64,000 bases of DNA from Candidatus Eiseniibacteriota bacterium (GCA_965224245.1 OZ245046.1:2560001-2624000), one strand, 5' to 3'. Shown: positions 29,618 through 40,934, counted from the first letter of the stretch. The notes: generated by a model from the letters alone, not told the origin. Numbers and translations: made by a program.

Positions 29618-31603
29618 TCAACGCACCGGCGCCCGAGTCGTGTCCGCCTGCGCCCCGGACGCCACACGCCACACGCGCCAGTGGTCGTTCCGAGCCTCTC
29701 CCAGTCGCGCGTCGAGCACCAGGCGGAGCCCCGGGGCCGTCTGGAGATCGGACCGGAACGGCGCTCGATCCACGATCAGATCGACTCCCCGCGACCGAGC
29801 CTCCCCGAGCACGTCGCGGGCGACGACGCTCTCGTCCGGCCAGGGATCGGGCACGACCCGGTTCGCGAGCCGGACGCCCGCGAGCGCGTAGTTGTCGGTC
29901 GGGTGCCCGGACAGGTTCCACACGCTCGTCCCGTCCGCTACCTGATCGAACAGCGGTGGGTATCGGTATGTTCCCGCCCGATCGGTGCGACCGTCGGCCA
30001 GTCGCTCGGCCAGCCGGTAGGCCGGGAGGTAGGTCGAGATCGCCAGCGTGACGACCGCGGCCAGGGTCCCGAGCGTCCGGAACGACACGCGTGCGTGCCG
30101 GTCGAGGACGGCGAGGAGCGGCGTGGCGGACACCACGGCGAGCGCGAGCACCGGCAACCCGAACCGGGGCAGGCGCCGCAGCGCCACCCACCACACGAGC
30201 CCCAGCGCGAGCGTCAGGAGCAGGATCGCGGTACGGCGCGTCCGGAGGCAGGCGACGAGCGACCGTCCGGGCTCCGGGGCCCCCTGACGATCGCCTCCGT
30301 GGCGCCGGGCGCGACGGAGATCGCGCGCGAGCCGCCAACCCCCCAGCGCGAGCCCCATTGGGACGAACGTCGCGAACAGCGCACCGAGCCCGGTACCGGT
30401 GCCGTACGCGTACCCCGAGCGCTTCGGCTCGACCCACGGGTAGACCAGCCACTGCCAGCGATGGGCGACGATCTCCCGCTCGTAGTCGTGGGGCGTGATC
30501 TCGGCGGGTGCAACGCCGTCGAGGAGCGTCCGGCCCGCGACCTCGACCTCCAGGGGATGCGCCGGGTTCCCGGTCGCGACGCCCGCGCGCACGAACCAGA
30601 AGACGCTCGACAGCGCCAGCACGACCGTCGCGAGCGCCAGCGCGCGACCCACGTACCGCGCGCGCCGGCGCGCGACGTCGCGCCCGGCGAGCGCACCGAT
30701 CCCGATCACCGCCGCCACGGCGTAGACCCAGAACGTCGGCTTCGTTCCCACCGCGAGCCCCAGCGACAGCGCGCTCAGCACGAGCATCGCGGCTCGCCAG
30801 CGATGCGGATCGGTGCCGGGCGCGGGGTCGTTGCGGGCACTCGCGAGCGCGGCCGCGATCAGCACCAGCGCCGCGCCGAAGAGGTCCAGGTATCCGCTGA
30901 ACGCCTGGAACTGCACGACGGGCAGCGTCGCGAACGCGAGCGTGGTCCACCGGACCGCGGCGCGGCGGTGTGTCAGGCGCGCCGCCAGCTCCGCCACCGC
31001 CGTGCACGCGGCGCCGTACGCGATCCAGTTGCCGATCGTGGCCAGACGCTCGGCGCCCAGGGCGAGCATCGACAGGATCGTGAGCTCGAAGTTCCCGGGC
31101 AATGCGAACCGCCAGTCGGGTGCGGCTCCGATGGCCAGGCTCCCGGTCTGAAGCCACCGCACCGCGACCGGTAGATGATAGACGAGCGCGTCCCAGCCCG
31201 ATGGACCGGACGTGAGCGAGTTGGCCAGGAACACCGCCAGGGACGCCGCCACGAGCCCCGAGACGATCGCCGTCGCGCGGTCGGTCCGCGTGCGCGTGAT
31301 GCCCGCCGATCCCCGCCCCCCGGACCCGAGGCCGGCGTCGGCGGAGGCGCCGGTCATCCACCGGATCCCCAGGATCCACGCCCCCACCAGCACAACCGTC
31401 GACGGGAACGACAGCCCCCATCGAGCCGTCCCGGTGAGCACCTCGGAGAGGCCGACCACGTGAAACGGCAGGATCCAGATCGAGAGCACCGCGAGCACGA
31501 GCACGAGCGCTCGTCGCCTCGCGGTGACGGCGGCCAGCGTCCTCGCCAGGAACGGCGTCACGAGCGCGAGCACCGAGAGCTGACAGACGATCGCGGTGTG
31601 CAT
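29618..31603 (-). CDS. Polytopic membrane protein, GT-C fold (ArnT/PMT-like) glycosyltransferase candidate
   Basis: About 13 TM segments, WDALVYHLP loop motif, YLDL, GLAVGTKP, ATGNPAHP, RFGLP. Confidence 0.65.
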   Translation of the reverse strand: MHTAIVCQLSVLALVTPFLARTLAAVTARRRALVLVLAVLSIWILPFHVVGLSEVLTGTARWGLSFPSTVVLVGAWILGIRWMTGASADAGLGSGGRGSAGITRTRTDRATAIVSGLVAASLAVFLANSLTSGPSGWDALVYHLPVAVRWLQTGSLAIGAAPDWRFALPGNFELTILSMLALGAERLATIGNWIAYGAACTAVAELAARLTHRRAAVRWTTLAFATLPVVQFQAFSGYLDLFGAALVLIAAALASARNDPAPGTDPHRWRAAMLVLSALSLGLAVGTKPTFWVYAVAAVIGIGALAGRDVARRRARYVGRALALATVVLALSSVFWFVRAGVATGNPAHPLEVEVAGRTLLDGVAPAEITPHDYEREIVAHRWQWLVYPWVEPKRSGYAYGTGTGLGALFATFVPMGLALGGWRLARDLRRARRHGGDRQGAPEPGRSLVACLRTRRTAILLLTLALGLVWWVALRRLPRFGLPVLALAVVSATPLLAVLDRHARVSFRTLGTLAAVVTLAISTYLPAYRLAERLADGRTDRAGTYRYPPLFDQVADGTSVWNLSGHPTDNYALAGVRLANRVVPDPWPDESVVARDVLGEARSRGVDLIVDRAPFRSDLQTAPGLRLVLDARLGEARNDHWRVWRVASGAQADTTRAPVR

Positions 31604-31609
31604 GGGGTC

Positions 31610-31777
31610 TCAGCGTCCCGTGACGTGGCCGAGCAGGCGGAGGACCGAGTCGACGAAGCCTCGAAGCGCCTGGTTCACGACGAGGAACACGGCCAGACTG
31701 ATCGCGCAGCCCACGAGGAGCTCTCGCCCCGGAGCGCGGGCCGCTTCCGATCGATCTCGACGAGACGCGAACGTCAT
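31610..31777 (-). CDS. Small single-TM hypothetical protein
   Basis: 55 aa, hydrophobic segment LLVGCAISLAVFLVV, AAGGGGG RBS, ends 6 bp before the GT-C start. Confidence 0.45.
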   Translation of the reverse strand: MTFASRRDRSEAARAPGRELLVGCAISLAVFLVVNQALRGFVDSVLRLLGHVTGR

Positions 31778-32054
31778 CGGGGTCCCCCTTCCTCGGTCGG
31801 TTATCGACCATGGGACGGGACGGCTGGACACCGGGGTCCGGGCATGCCGCCCGGACGGCGTCTCGGAGCGGCCGGCGTCGAACGACGAGCCCCTCGGTCA
31901 CGAGCGTGAGGCCGCCGATCGGATGGCACGTGACGGGCGAACGGGGCGGGAGCGTGTCGGGAGACGTCCACCGGCCGACATCGGCCACGACGCGGCGCGA
32001 CCGGTGGGAGTCGGGGCGGCGCCGAACGTCGGGGCGGCACCGGCCCCGGTGGCC

Positions 32055-32199
32055 CGACACCGGGGGCGATGGGGTCGGCCGTCGACCCGATGGGTGGCGA
32101 ACGCCTGACGGATTAGCTTGCCTGCCAGCACTGCCTTGACCCGCAGCCAGAGCTCTCCACCCACAAGACCGAGACCAAGCCCCATCGCCCCCGGCGTCG
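32055..32199 (-). ncRNA. Long rod-like hairpin; unidentified structured RNA or fold-back element
   Basis: 20-bp terminal stem, inner tgggtgg/ccaccca, near-continuous pairing on the minus strand via G-U pairs, apical GGCA tetraloop. Confidence 0.45.
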
Positions 32200-32447
32200 C
32201 GACCTACTCCGCGCCCGGCGCGGGGATGCTGCTCGGCGTGAAAACCGGAACCCCGACCGCGCCCGACCCACCCGTCACAAGAGCCCGCCAGAAGGCCCTC
32301 AGCCGAGACGGTGTCGGTTTGCGCATGCCATTTCCTCGCCGAGCGTGCCGGTCGCGGCCGGGGTCACCCCCCCTCAAAGCACCCGACGTGCCACCGCCGG
32401 CCGGGATCGGCCGACTCACGCCCCGTCGCCGACGGCCTCGATCGTAT

Positions 32448-32473
32448 CTCATTTTGATACAATGAGTTATACT
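32448..32473. promoter_or_regulatory. AT-rich palindromic operator next to a -10 element
   Basis: CTCATT-N7-AATGAG followed by TATACT in the divergent GT-C/pabB intergenic region. Confidence 0.45.
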
Positions 32474-32699
32474 GCCAGAAGCCGGACCGGACGGATGTCG
32501 CGTCGGGCGTGTCGACACCATCCGGCCGCCGGGAGTGGCCGCGGCCGGGTCCGAGCCGTGTCTCCCCGTACACAGGGGTGTGTCCTTCGAGACACGGGTC
32601 GAGGCACCCGGCCCGTCACGGGACCCGCGACGACCGCATGGCGTCGGGCGGCGCGAGTCGCTACGCTCCCCTGCCACGTTTCGAACCAACGGAGCGGCC

Positions 32700-34310
32700 G
32701 TGCGACGCGTATCGGACACCCACATCTGGCGCGACCTCGAGCGACTCGCCGTCTGCCGCGCGGAGACCCGTCGCGAGCGCGTCTCCGATCGGCAGCTCCA
32801 CGGTGATCCGAGCCGGCAATCGATGCCCGGCACGTTCCGGTTCGATGGCACGCCCGGCTATCCGGGGCTGGGCGACGAGAGCTACATGGCGCACTCGCCG
32901 CTCCTGACGTGCTCGCTCAGCGACGAGACGTGGACGCTCGTGCTCGCGTCGAAGCGGCTGACGGGCGAGCTGCCGTTCGATCCCACAGAGCCCTTCGGTC
33001 CGCTGGCCCGGGTCGCCGCGCTGCTTCGCGCGCCGGAGGATCCTCCGTTCGCCGGCGTCATCGCCGGCTACGTCACCTACGAGTTCGGGGAGCGCCTGCT
33101 CGGCCTCACGCCTCGCACGCGCACCGGTCCCGACGCGCTCTTCTTCGTTCACGATCGGATCGCGCGACGCGTGTCCGGGGGATGGGAGATCACGTGCGCC
33201 GGTCTGCGAACCGACCCCGATCTGGACCTCGACATCGCGGGCTGGGCGAAGGGGCTGAGCGCCGGGGGGGAGCCCGATCACGCGCCGACGTCGAGACATC
33301 TCGTCACCGCCCGGGCCGACACGCGCGATCGGCCGCCCGTCCTCGGATTCGCGCCCCGCGCGCGCCGCCGGGACACCGGGACGCCGGGCGTGCGCGTGCT
33401 CTCGGACTCGTTGCCGGAGCCGGCGTACAAGGCGGCGCTGGCCAGGTTGAAGCGGTACATCGCCGCCGGCGACGTGTATCAGGCCAACCTGACCCACATG
33501 CTGACGCTCGCGGTCGACCTGCAGCCGCAGCACTACTACGCGGCACTGCGAGCGTCACACCCCGGTCCGTTCTCGTCGTACGTGATGGAGCCCGGCGGCG
33601 CGGCCGTCGTCGGCATCTCGCCCGAGCTCTTCCTGCGCGTGGACGGGCGGCGGATCCGGACGCAGCCGATCAAGGGCACGCGGCCGCGCGGCGCGTCCGT
33701 GCTCGACGACGTGGCGCAGCGCAACGCGCTCCTGGAGAGTGACAAGGACTCGGCGGAGCTCCTGATGATCGTCGATCTGATGCGAAACGACCTGGGGCGC
33801 GTGGCGCGATTCGCGTCGGTGACCGTTCCCGAGGTCAAGCGCATCGACGCCCACCCGAGCCTCTATCACCTCTCGGGCGTGATCGAGGCCGAGCTGGACG
33901 ACGACGCGTCGGTGTGGGATCTCCTGGCCGCGTCGCTGCCCGCCGGCAGCATCACCGGCGCCCCCAAGCGACGGGCGGTCGAGATCCTCAAGGAGCTCGA
34001 GCCCCACGCGCGCGGCGTGTACACCGGTGCGGTCGGCATGGTGGACTTCTCGGGTAACATGATCATGAACGTGGCGATCCGGACGATTCGCCTGATCGGC
34101 GACCGCGGGTACCTCGGGGTCGGCGGCGGCATCGTGGCCGACTCCGATCCGGATGCCGAGTGGCAGGAGACGCTGACCAAGGCGCGCGCGTTCTTCCTGG
34201 GTGACGCGCCGGAGGCGCCGAGCACACCGGCGGCTCCCTCGCCGGCGTCCGCGCCGGGCACGTCGCCCGTGCCCGATCACGCCTCCGAGCCGGGAGAGGA
34301 CGACCGGTGA
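32700..34310 (+). CDS. pabB: Aminodeoxychorismate synthase component I
   Basis: GYVTYE, AGDVYQANL, SPELFL, PIKGTRPRG (PabB-type), ELLMIVDLMRNDLGR, GSITGAPK. Start GTG after GGAG, approximate. Confidence 0.88.
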   Translation: MRRVSDTHIWRDLERLAVCRAETRRERVSDRQLHGDPSRQSMPGTFRFDGTPGYPGLGDESYMAHSPLLTCSLSDETWTLVLASKRLTGELPFDPTEPFGPLARVAALLRAPEDPPFAGVIAGYVTYEFGERLLGLTPRTRTGPDALFFVHDRIARRVSGGWEITCAGLRTDPDLDLDIAGWAKGLSAGGEPDHAPTSRHLVTARADTRDRPPVLGFAPRARRRDTGTPGVRVLSDSLPEPAYKAALARLKRYIAAGDVYQANLTHMLTLAVDLQPQHYYAALRASHPGPFSSYVMEPGGAAVVGISPELFLRVDGRRIRTQPIKGTRPRGASVLDDVAQRNALLESDKDSAELLMIVDLMRNDLGRVARFASVTVPEVKRIDAHPSLYHLSGVIEAELDDDASVWDLLAASLPAGSITGAPKRRAVEILKELEPHARGVYTGAVGMVDFSGNMIMNVAIRTIRLIGDRGYLGVGGGIVADSDPDAEWQETLTKARAFFLGDAPEAPSTPAAPSPASAPGTSPVPDHASEPGEDDR

Positions 34311-35143
34311 GCGATCGCAGAGTCGCGTACGTGGACGGACGCATCGTGCCGCACGACGAGGCGGCGCTCCCGATCCGGGACGCCGGGGTGCTGTACGGGG
34401 TCGGCGTGTTCGAGACGCTCAGGGTCTACGACGGCGTGCCGCTGGCGCTGCCCGAGCACGTGGCCCGGCTGACCCGAGGCGCCGCGGGATTCGACATCGC
34501 AATGCCCGACGTGGACGTGCGCGAGATCCTGGACGACCTGGTCGCGCGCAACGCGCTCCCCGATGCGATGGTGCGCATCATCCTGACCGCGGGCGATCTG
34601 GCCACCTGGGGACCCCCGAGGCTCGTGGTCGAGGTCTCGCCGCTGCCGTCGCCGATTCCGGAGTCCGGCGTGGCGGTGCTCCTGGAGACGGTGGACGACA
34701 GGGACAGCGGACGGAAGAGCCTCTGCTACGCCGACAACGCCCTCGCGCGGCGCCGCGCCCGGAAGGCCGGCGCGGACGAGACCGTCCTCTGCGACCGGGT
34801 GGGGCGCATTCTCGAGGGCTCGTCGTCGAACGTGTTCGTGGTGATCGACGGGGCGCTCGTGACCGCGCCGCTCGATCGGCACGTGCTGGCCGGCGTCACC
34901 CGCGGCATCGTGCTCGAGATCGCGCGCGAGATGGGCATCGCGTGCATCGAGCGACACCCGAGCGTCTCGGAGCTCGACGCGGCCGACGAGGCGTTCCTGA
35001 CCAGCTCCATCCGCGAGATCGCACCGATTCACACCATGGGCATTCACCGGCTCGTCTGCCCGGGACCGGTGACCGGGCGGATCCGGAGCGGCTTCCGCTC
35101 ACTCGTCGCCCGTCGCGTCGCCGACGCGCGGGCGGGCCGCTGA
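34307..35143 (+). CDS. pabC: Class IV PLP enzyme, probable 4-amino-4-deoxychorismate lyase
   Basis: LYGVGVFETLR, PLP lysine RKSLCY, EGSSSNVF, LAGVTR, AFLTSS; coupled to pabB. Confidence 0.75.
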   Translation: MSDRRVAYVDGRIVPHDEAALPIRDAGVLYGVGVFETLRVYDGVPLALPEHVARLTRGAAGFDIAMPDVDVREILDDLVARNALPDAMVRIILTAGDLATWGPPRLVVEVSPLPSPIPESGVAVLLETVDDRDSGRKSLCYADNALARRRARKAGADETVLCDRVGRILEGSSSNVFVVIDGALVTAPLDRHVLAGVTRGIVLEIAREMGIACIERHPSVSELDAADEAFLTSSIREIAPIHTMGIHRLVCPGPVTGRIRSGFRSLVARRVADARAGR

Positions 35144-35374
35144 TCAGCTCGCCGACGCGGTCACGGAGGGCTCCTCGTCCCCGCAACCGTCGCGGCGCTG
35201 CTCCTCCACCGTTCGCCCGCACACGCCGCACCGCGTCTCGCCCAGCTCGTCACGAACCCGGCCGTTGAGCCCGCCGCAGCTGCCGGTAATGCGCCGGCCG
35301 CCGAAGATCACGCCGACGGCCATCAGCACGATCCACACGCCGAATCCGACCAGGGTGACCAGAAACGTGTTCAT
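35144..35374 (-). CDS. nqrM: Na+-NQR maturation factor NqrM
   Basis: 76 aa, TM then MAVGVIFGGRRITGSCGGL...CGVC...C; ATGA overlap with apbE. Confidence 0.85.
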   Translation of the reverse strand: MNTFLVTLVGFGVWIVLMAVGVIFGGRRITGSCGGLNGRVRDELGETRCGVCGRTVEEQRRDGCGDEEPSVTASAS

Positions 35375-36396
35375 GAGGCAGCCTCTCCGAACTGTTCGAC
35401 GAAGCGGGTGGAGCGATGCTCGATGGTGGCGCCGTCCTTCTCCTCGATCAGCAGCACCGCCAGTCCGAGGCGCTCGGCCAGGGCGATCCCGTCCGCGACG
35501 CCGAGCACGATCATGCCGGTCGCGTACGCATCGGCCATCATACACGACGCGTGCAGCACGGTGGCGGACACGACGTCGTGCGTGACCGGCCATCCGGTGC
35601 GCGGGTCGATCGTGTGGGAGTAGCGCCGACCGCCGCTGTCGAAGTAGTTGCGGTAGGTGCCGCTCGTGGCCATCGACGCGTCCTCGACGCCGAGCACGGT
35701 GTGAACGGCACGCCCGCCGGGGCCGGGCCGCTCGACCCCCAGACGCCAGGGCCGGTTCCGGAGACTCCGTCCGCCGACGCGCACCTCGCCCCCGACCTCG
35801 ACCATGTACTGTTCGATGCCGGCCTCGACGAGGAGATCCGCCACGCGGTCCACGGCGTAGCCCTTGGCGATCGCCGAGAGATCCACGTACATCCCGGGAC
35901 CGCTCAGCTGGAGCGCCGGCGGATCCCCGCGGACGTGAAGTCGATCGATCCCCACCTGCCCGCGCGCCTCGGCCACCGCCGCGTCGGGCGGGGGCTCCAC
36001 GACCCGATCGGGTGGACCGAACCCCCACAGATTCACCAGCGGCCCCACGGTGGGGTCGAACGCTCCCCCGGTCTCACGGCAGGTCTCGATCGCGGCGCGC
36101 ACGACGGTCACCGTCGCCGAGTCGACCGACACCCACTCGCCCGGCGCCGCGTCGTTCAGGCGGCTCAGGTCGGAGTCGGGCCGGTAGGTGGACATGAGCT
36201 GGTTCACGTCGTCGAGCGCGGCGACGACGTCGCGCTTCAGCGCGTCGAGCGCGGATGCGTCCTCGGTTGTGATGCACTTGACGGTGTACGTCGTGCCCAT
36301 CGTCTCGCCGGTGTGCACGAACTCGTACGACGGGCGTACGCGGACCAGCGCCACGGCCACCCCGATCGCGAGGAGTATCGCGAGGAGGCCGCGCAC
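35371..36396 (-). CDS. apbE: FAD:protein FMN transferase
   Basis: TMGTTY, FDPTVGPLVNLWGFG, DLSAIAKGY, ATSGTYRNYF, SHTIDPRTG, ADAYAT. Confidence 0.95.
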   Translation of the reverse strand: MRGLLAILLAIGVAVALVRVRPSYEFVHTGETMGTTYTVKCITTEDASALDALKRDVVAALDDVNQLMSTYRPDSDLSRLNDAAPGEWVSVDSATVTVVRAAIETCRETGGAFDPTVGPLVNLWGFGPPDRVVEPPPDAAVAEARGQVGIDRLHVRGDPPALQLSGPGMYVDLSAIAKGYAVDRVADLLVEAGIEQYMVEVGGEVRVGGRSLRNRPWRLGVERPGPGGRAVHTVLGVEDASMATSGTYRNYFDSGGRRYSHTIDPRTGWPVTHDVVSATVLHASCMMADAYATGMIVLGVADGIALAERLGLAVLLIEEKDGATIEHRSTRFVEQFGEAAS

Positions 36397-36399
36397 GGG

Positions 36400-37614
36400 T
36401 CAGCCCCCGAAGTCGTCGAAGTAGATGTTCTCCTGCTCGACGCCCAGATCGGCCAGCAGCTTGAAGGCCGCGTCGTTCATCATCGGCGGCCCGCAGATGT
36501 AGTACTCGCAGTCCTCGGGCGCGGGGTGGTCCTTCAGGTACATCTCGTAGAGGACGCTGTGAATGAAGCCGGTCGGCCCGGTCCAGTTGTCCTCGGGGAG
36601 CGGCTCGGACAGCGCGAGGTGCCAGGTGAAGTTCTCGTTCTCCTCGGCGATCTTGTCGAACTCCTCGGTGTAGAACGCCTCGCGCAGGCTGCGCGCGCCG
36701 TACCAGAAGCTGACCTTGCGCTTGGTGTGGATGCGCTTGAACTGGTCGTAGATGTGCGAGCGCATGGGCGCCATCCCGGCGCCGCCGCCGATGAAGATCA
36801 TCTCGCTGTCGTTTTCGGTCGCGTAGAACTCGCCGTAGGGCCCCGAGATCGTGCACGTGTCGCCGGGCTTCAGTCCGAAGATGTACGAGGACATGATTCC
36901 CGGAGGATGGTTCGTGCTCGGCGGCGGGGTGGCCACACGCACGTTGAGCATGATGATGCCCTTCTCCTCGGGGTAGCTGGCCATCGAGTAGGCACGGGTG
37001 ACCGGCTGCTTCACCACCGACCGGAGCTCCCACAGCTTGAAGTGGTCCCAGGCGTCCCGGTACTCCTTCTCGACGTCGATGTCCTTGTACTCGACGACGT
37101 GCGGGGGACACTCGATCTGGATGTAGCCACCGGCGCGGAACCCGACGTCCTCGCCCTCGGGCAGCTCCAGCACGAGCTCCTTGATGAACGTGGCGACGTT
37201 GTGGTTCGAGCGCACCGTGCACTCCCACTTCTTGACGCCGAAGACCTCCTCGGGAACCTCGATCTTCATGTTCTGCTTCACCGACACCTGACACGAGAGC
37301 CGCTCACCCTGGCGCGCCTCCCTGGGCGTGATGTAGGTGGTCTCGGTGGGCAGGATCTCGCCCCCGCCCTCGAGCACCTTCACCCGGCACTGCGCACACG
37401 TCCCCCCGCCTCCGCAGGCCGACGAGACGAAGATCTTCTCGTTGGCCAGCACGCTCAGGAGCTTCGAGCCCGGCTCCACGTGCAGCGTCCGCTCGTCGTT
37501 CACGACGATGTCGACGGAGCCGCCGGCCACGAGCTGCGAGCGCGCCAGCAGAATGACGCCGACGAGCGCCAGCACGATCACCGTGAACATGATGACGCCG
37601 AGGATGATCTCCAT
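36400..37614 (-). CDS. nqrF: Na+-translocating NADH:quinone reductase subunit F
   Basis: [48 protein letters not shown]. Confidence 0.97.
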   Translation of the reverse strand: MEIILGVIMFTVIVLALVGVILLARSQLVAGGSVDIVVNDERTLHVEPGSKLLSVLANEKIFVSSACGGGGTCAQCRVKVLEGGGEILPTETTYITPREARQGERLSCQVSVKQNMKIEVPEEVFGVKKWECTVRSNHNVATFIKELVLELPEGEDVGFRAGGYIQIECPPHVVEYKDIDVEKEYRDAWDHFKLWELRSVVKQPVTRAYSMASYPEEKGIIMLNVRVATPPPSTNHPPGIMSSYIFGLKPGDTCTISGPYGEFYATENDSEMIFIGGGAGMAPMRSHIYDQFKRIHTKRKVSFWYGARSLREAFYTEEFDKIAEENENFTWHLALSEPLPEDNWTGPTGFIHSVLYEMYLKDHPAPEDCEYYICGPPMMNDAAFKLLADLGVEQENIYFDDFGG

Positions 37615-37656
37615 GACGGTGTCCCTCTTCCTCACGCGACGCTCCGGCAACCGCTC

Positions 37657-38268
37657 CTAGAGCTGGATGCCGGAGAAAGCCATGAACGCCAGGGCCATGA
37701 GCCCGGTGATGATGAACGTGATCCCGAGGCCGCGCAGCGCGGGCGGAATGTCGGAGTAGACCAGCTTCTCGCGGATTCCCGCCAGCGCCATGATCGCCAG
37801 CGCCCAGCCGGCGCCGGAGCCGAAGCCGAACACGATCGATTCGCCGAACGAGTACTCGCGCTCGACCATGAACAGCGAGCCGCCGAGGATCGCGCAGTTC
37901 ACCGTGATCAGCGGCAAGAAGATCCCCAGTGCGTTGTAGAGCGCGGGTACGAACTTATCGAGCGTCATTTCGAGAATCTGGACCATCGCGGCGATGACGC
38001 CGATGTACGTGATGAGGCCCAGGAACGACAGATCGGCCTCGGGAAGGCCGGCCCAGGCCAGTGCGCCCTCCCGGAGCACGTACGTGTAGAGGAGGTTGTT
38101 GACCGGAATCGTGATCGTCTGGACGACGACGACGGCGATCCCGAGCCCGGTGGCCGTCTCGACCTTCTTCGACACGGCCAGGAACGTACACATGCCCAGG
38201 AAGAACGCGAGCGCCATGTTCTCGACGAAGACCGCCTTCAGGAAGAGGCTGAGATATTGCTCGAACAT
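37657..38268 (-). CDS. nqrE: Na+-NQR subunit E
   Basis: [36 protein letters not shown]. Confidence 0.97.
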   Translation of the reverse strand: MFEQYLSLFLKAVFVENMALAFFLGMCTFLAVSKKVETATGLGIAVVVVQTITIPVNNLLYTYVLREGALAWAGLPEADLSFLGLITYIGVIAAMVQILEMTLDKFVPALYNALGIFLPLITVNCAILGGSLFMVEREYSFGESIVFGFGSGAGWALAIMALAGIREKLVYSDIPPALRGLGITFIITGLMALAFMAFSGIQL

Positions 38269-38904
38269 CTAGCCGTCCTCCTCGATCTGGTCACGTTTGA
38301 ACTCACGGAGGACCCAGATGAAGATGCCGATGATGAAGAACGCGCTGGGCGGCAGCAGCATGAGGCCGTTCGCGTTGTACCACCCGCCTTCGGTGACCAG
38401 AGGCAGAATGCTCTGCCCCATCAGCTTGCCGGACCCGAAGAGCTCGCGCAGCACGCCCACGATCAGCAGGATGATGCTGTAACCGAGCCCGTTCCCGATC
38501 CCGTCCAGGAAGCTGGGGATCACGCCGTTCTTCATCGCGAACGCCTCGGCCCGGCCCATCACGATGCAGTTGGTGATGATGAGCCCCACGAACACCGAGA
38601 GCTGCTTGGAGATCTCGAACGCGTACGCCTTGAGGAACTGATCCACGACGATCACCAGCGACGCGATGATCGTCATCTGGACGATGATGCGAATGTTGCC
38701 CGGGATGTGATTGCGAATCAGCGCCACCGACGCGTTCGACATCGCGATCACGAAGATGACGGCCAGACACATGACGACGACCGTCTCGAGCTTGCTCGTG
38801 ACCGCCAGCGCCGAACAGATCCCGAGCACCTGGAGCGCGATCGGGTTCTGATCGAACACCGGCCCGAAGAGGATCGAGCGGTAGCTGGTGGGGGCATCAG
38901 ACAT
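38269..38904 (-). CDS. nqrD: Na+-NQR subunit D
   Basis: [32 protein letters not shown]. Confidence 0.97.
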   Translation of the reverse strand: MSDAPTSYRSILFGPVFDQNPIALQVLGICSALAVTSKLETVVVMCLAVIFVIAMSNASVALIRNHIPGNIRIIVQMTIIASLVIVVDQFLKAYAFEISKQLSVFVGLIITNCIVMGRAEAFAMKNGVIPSFLDGIGNGLGYSIILLIVGVLRELFGSGKLMGQSILPLVTEGGWYNANGLMLLPPSAFFIIGIFIWVLREFKRDQIEEDG

Positions 38905-39730
38905 GTGGCACCTCACGAATCCCGCGGCGTGGAAGGGTACCGGCACTGGGCGCCTCGCCTCCGAGGCCCTCGGTCCGCTTCCGATCCAGGTAGTGACCGA
39001 AGCCGTTCTCGCTGATCCAGTAGCGCACGGTTCCGCTGACCCCGCGCGCGGTGATCGTCGCGCCCGAAAGACCGTCTACCTGATGGATCGCATCGGGGCT
39101 CGACGCGTTGACCGACCCCTTGATGACCTCGGCCGCGACGTTGCCGTCGTCGTCGAACACCTTCTTTCCGATCCACGTGCTCTTCCAGCGAGGATTGTCC
39201 ACCTCGCCACCGAGCCCCGGCGTCTCCCCGTGCTCGTAGAATCCGAACCCCTTGACGGTGTTGAGGTCGGGCTCGAGCGCCAGGAAGCCGTACATCGTCG
39301 ACCAGAGCCCCTTGCCGTGGATCGGGATGATGACGCCGTCGACGTCGTCCCCGTTCTTGATCAGATAGACGGGGGCGTACTTCGAGCGGCGACCGATGCC
39401 GGCGGCATCCGCCGAGCGCGGGATCTCCACGCTCGTCTCGGGAGTCTTGGCCGCCTTGCGCTGGTCGAACGTCTCGACCGGGAAGGCGTCGGTGTACTCT
39501 CCGGTCTCGAGGTCGACGAGACGCGCCTCGATGTGCTCGTCGTAGATCGCATCCACGTCGGCGACCTCCGAGTAGCCGGCCGCGGCCAGGATGTTCCTCT
39601 TCTTGTCGGCGGCCTTGTTCGCCTCCTGGGTGTCGCGCAGGAAGACCGCCGCACTCGACACGAAGATCGAGCAGACGATGCACAGCGACGTCGCGACGAT
39701 CACGATCTTCGCGGGCGAGTCGTTACGCAT
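38897..39730 (-). CDS. nqrC: Na+-NQR subunit C
   Basis: [19 protein letters not shown] site [10 protein letters not shown]. Confidence 0.96.
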   Translation of the reverse strand: MRNDSPAKIVIVATSLCIVCSIFVSSAAVFLRDTQEANKAADKKRNILAAAGYSEVADVDAIYDEHIEARLVDLETGEYTDAFPVETFDQRKAAKTPETSVEIPRSADAAGIGRRSKYAPVYLIKNGDDVDGVIIPIHGKGLWSTMYGFLALEPDLNTVKGFGFYEHGETPGLGGEVDNPRWKSTWIGKKVFDDDGNVAAEVIKGSVNASSPDAIHQVDGLSGATITARGVSGTVRYWISENGFGHYLDRKRTEGLGGEAPSAGTLPRRGIREVPHV

Positions 39731-40931
39731 AGCGTGCCAGCCTCCGCTTGATGTTGGCCTGAACCACCGCGTGGTCGATCAGCGGCGCGAAGGTGTTCCC
39801 GAAGAGAATGGCCAGCATGATGCCCTCGGGGAACGCCGGGTTGATCACGCGGATGAGCACCGTCATGAAGCCGATGAGAAGCCCGTACCAGATGCGTCCG
39901 GTGTCGGTGAACGCCGACGAGACCGGATCGGTGGTCATGAAGACGATACCGAACGCCGCTCCCCCCACCAGGAGATGCCAGTGAGGTGGCATCTGGAACG
40001 CCGGGTTCGTGTCGCTTCCGATGGCGTAGAGCGCACCCGAGGTCGCCAGAATCCCCACCGTGGTCGCCAGCATCGTGCGCCACGACCCCACGCGCGATCC
40101 GATCAGGATGACCGCCCCTATGAGGCACGCGAGCGTGGACGTCTCCCCCATCGACCCCTGGATCGTGCCCACGAACGCCTGCTGCCAGGTCATCGCGGCG
40201 TGGACGGGAGCCATGCCGTCGGCGGCCACCAGGCCGAGCGCGGTGGCGCCGGAGAACCCATCCACGGCCGTCCAGATCGCGTCGCCGGAGATCTCGCCGG
40301 GATAGGCGAAGTAGAGAAACGCCCGCGCGGTGAGCGCGGGGTTCAGGAAGTTCTTCCCGGTACCGCCGAAGATCTCCTTGCCGATCACGGTGCCGAACAC
40401 GATCCCGATCGCCACCTGCCACAGCGGGATGGTCGCCGGGAGGGTCAGGGGATAGAGGATGCCGGTTACGAGGAAGCCCTCGTTCACCTCGTGCTTGCGG
40501 ATGCTGGCGAACGTGACCTCGCAGATCCCGCCGAAGATGTTGGCGACCAGGTACACCGGGATGAAGTACAGCGCCCCGTGCACGAGGTTCGCGAGCACGT
40601 TGTTGGCATCGTATCCGATCCCGAGAAACCCGATCAGCGCGCCCCGCCAGCCGGTGGTCTCGGCCATGGCCAGGTTCTGGAGCGCCGTGTTGGCCTGGAG
40701 CCCGGTGTTGTACATGGCCATCAGGATCGCCGGGATCAGGGCGAACGCGACCGTGATCATCATGCGCTTGAGGTCCATCGCGTCACGGACGTGCGAGGCG
40801 CCCTTCGTCACGTCGGGCGGCGTGTAAATGAACGTGTCGATGGCCTCGTAGAGCGGGAACAGCTTGTGGAGCTTCCCCCCCTCCTGGAAGTGAGGCTCGA
40901 CGCGATCCAGGGCCGATCTGAGGATCTTCAT
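39723..40931 (-). CDS. nqrB: Na+-NQR subunit B
   Basis: [31 protein letters not shown] site [14 protein letters not shown]. Confidence 0.97.
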   Translation of the reverse strand: MKILRSALDRVEPHFQEGGKLHKLFPLYEAIDTFIYTPPDVTKGASHVRDAMDLKRMMITVAFALIPAILMAMYNTGLQANTALQNLAMAETTGWRGALIGFLGIGYDANNVLANLVHGALYFIPVYLVANIFGGICEVTFASIRKHEVNEGFLVTGILYPLTLPATIPLWQVAIGIVFGTVIGKEIFGGTGKNFLNPALTARAFLYFAYPGEISGDAIWTAVDGFSGATALGLVAADGMAPVHAAMTWQQAFVGTIQGSMGETSTLACLIGAVILIGSRVGSWRTMLATTVGILATSGALYAIGSDTNPAFQMPPHWHLLVGGAAFGIVFMTTDPVSSAFTDTGRIWYGLLIGFMTVLIRVINPAFPEGIMLAILFGNTFAPLIDHAVVQANIKRRLARYA

Positions 40932-40934
40932 CGA

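Noticed and set aside
32055-32207. Assignment as tRNA, SRP RNA or integron attC
   Set aside because: No cloverleaf or T-loop, SRP internal-loop bases mismatch, no RYYYAAC/GTTRRRY ends and no integrase; left unassigned.
32700-35143. pabB-pabC without pabA as a novel pathway, or pabB as trpE
   Set aside because: A shared or distant glutaminase subunit is common; PIKGT and the pabC linkage favour PabB.
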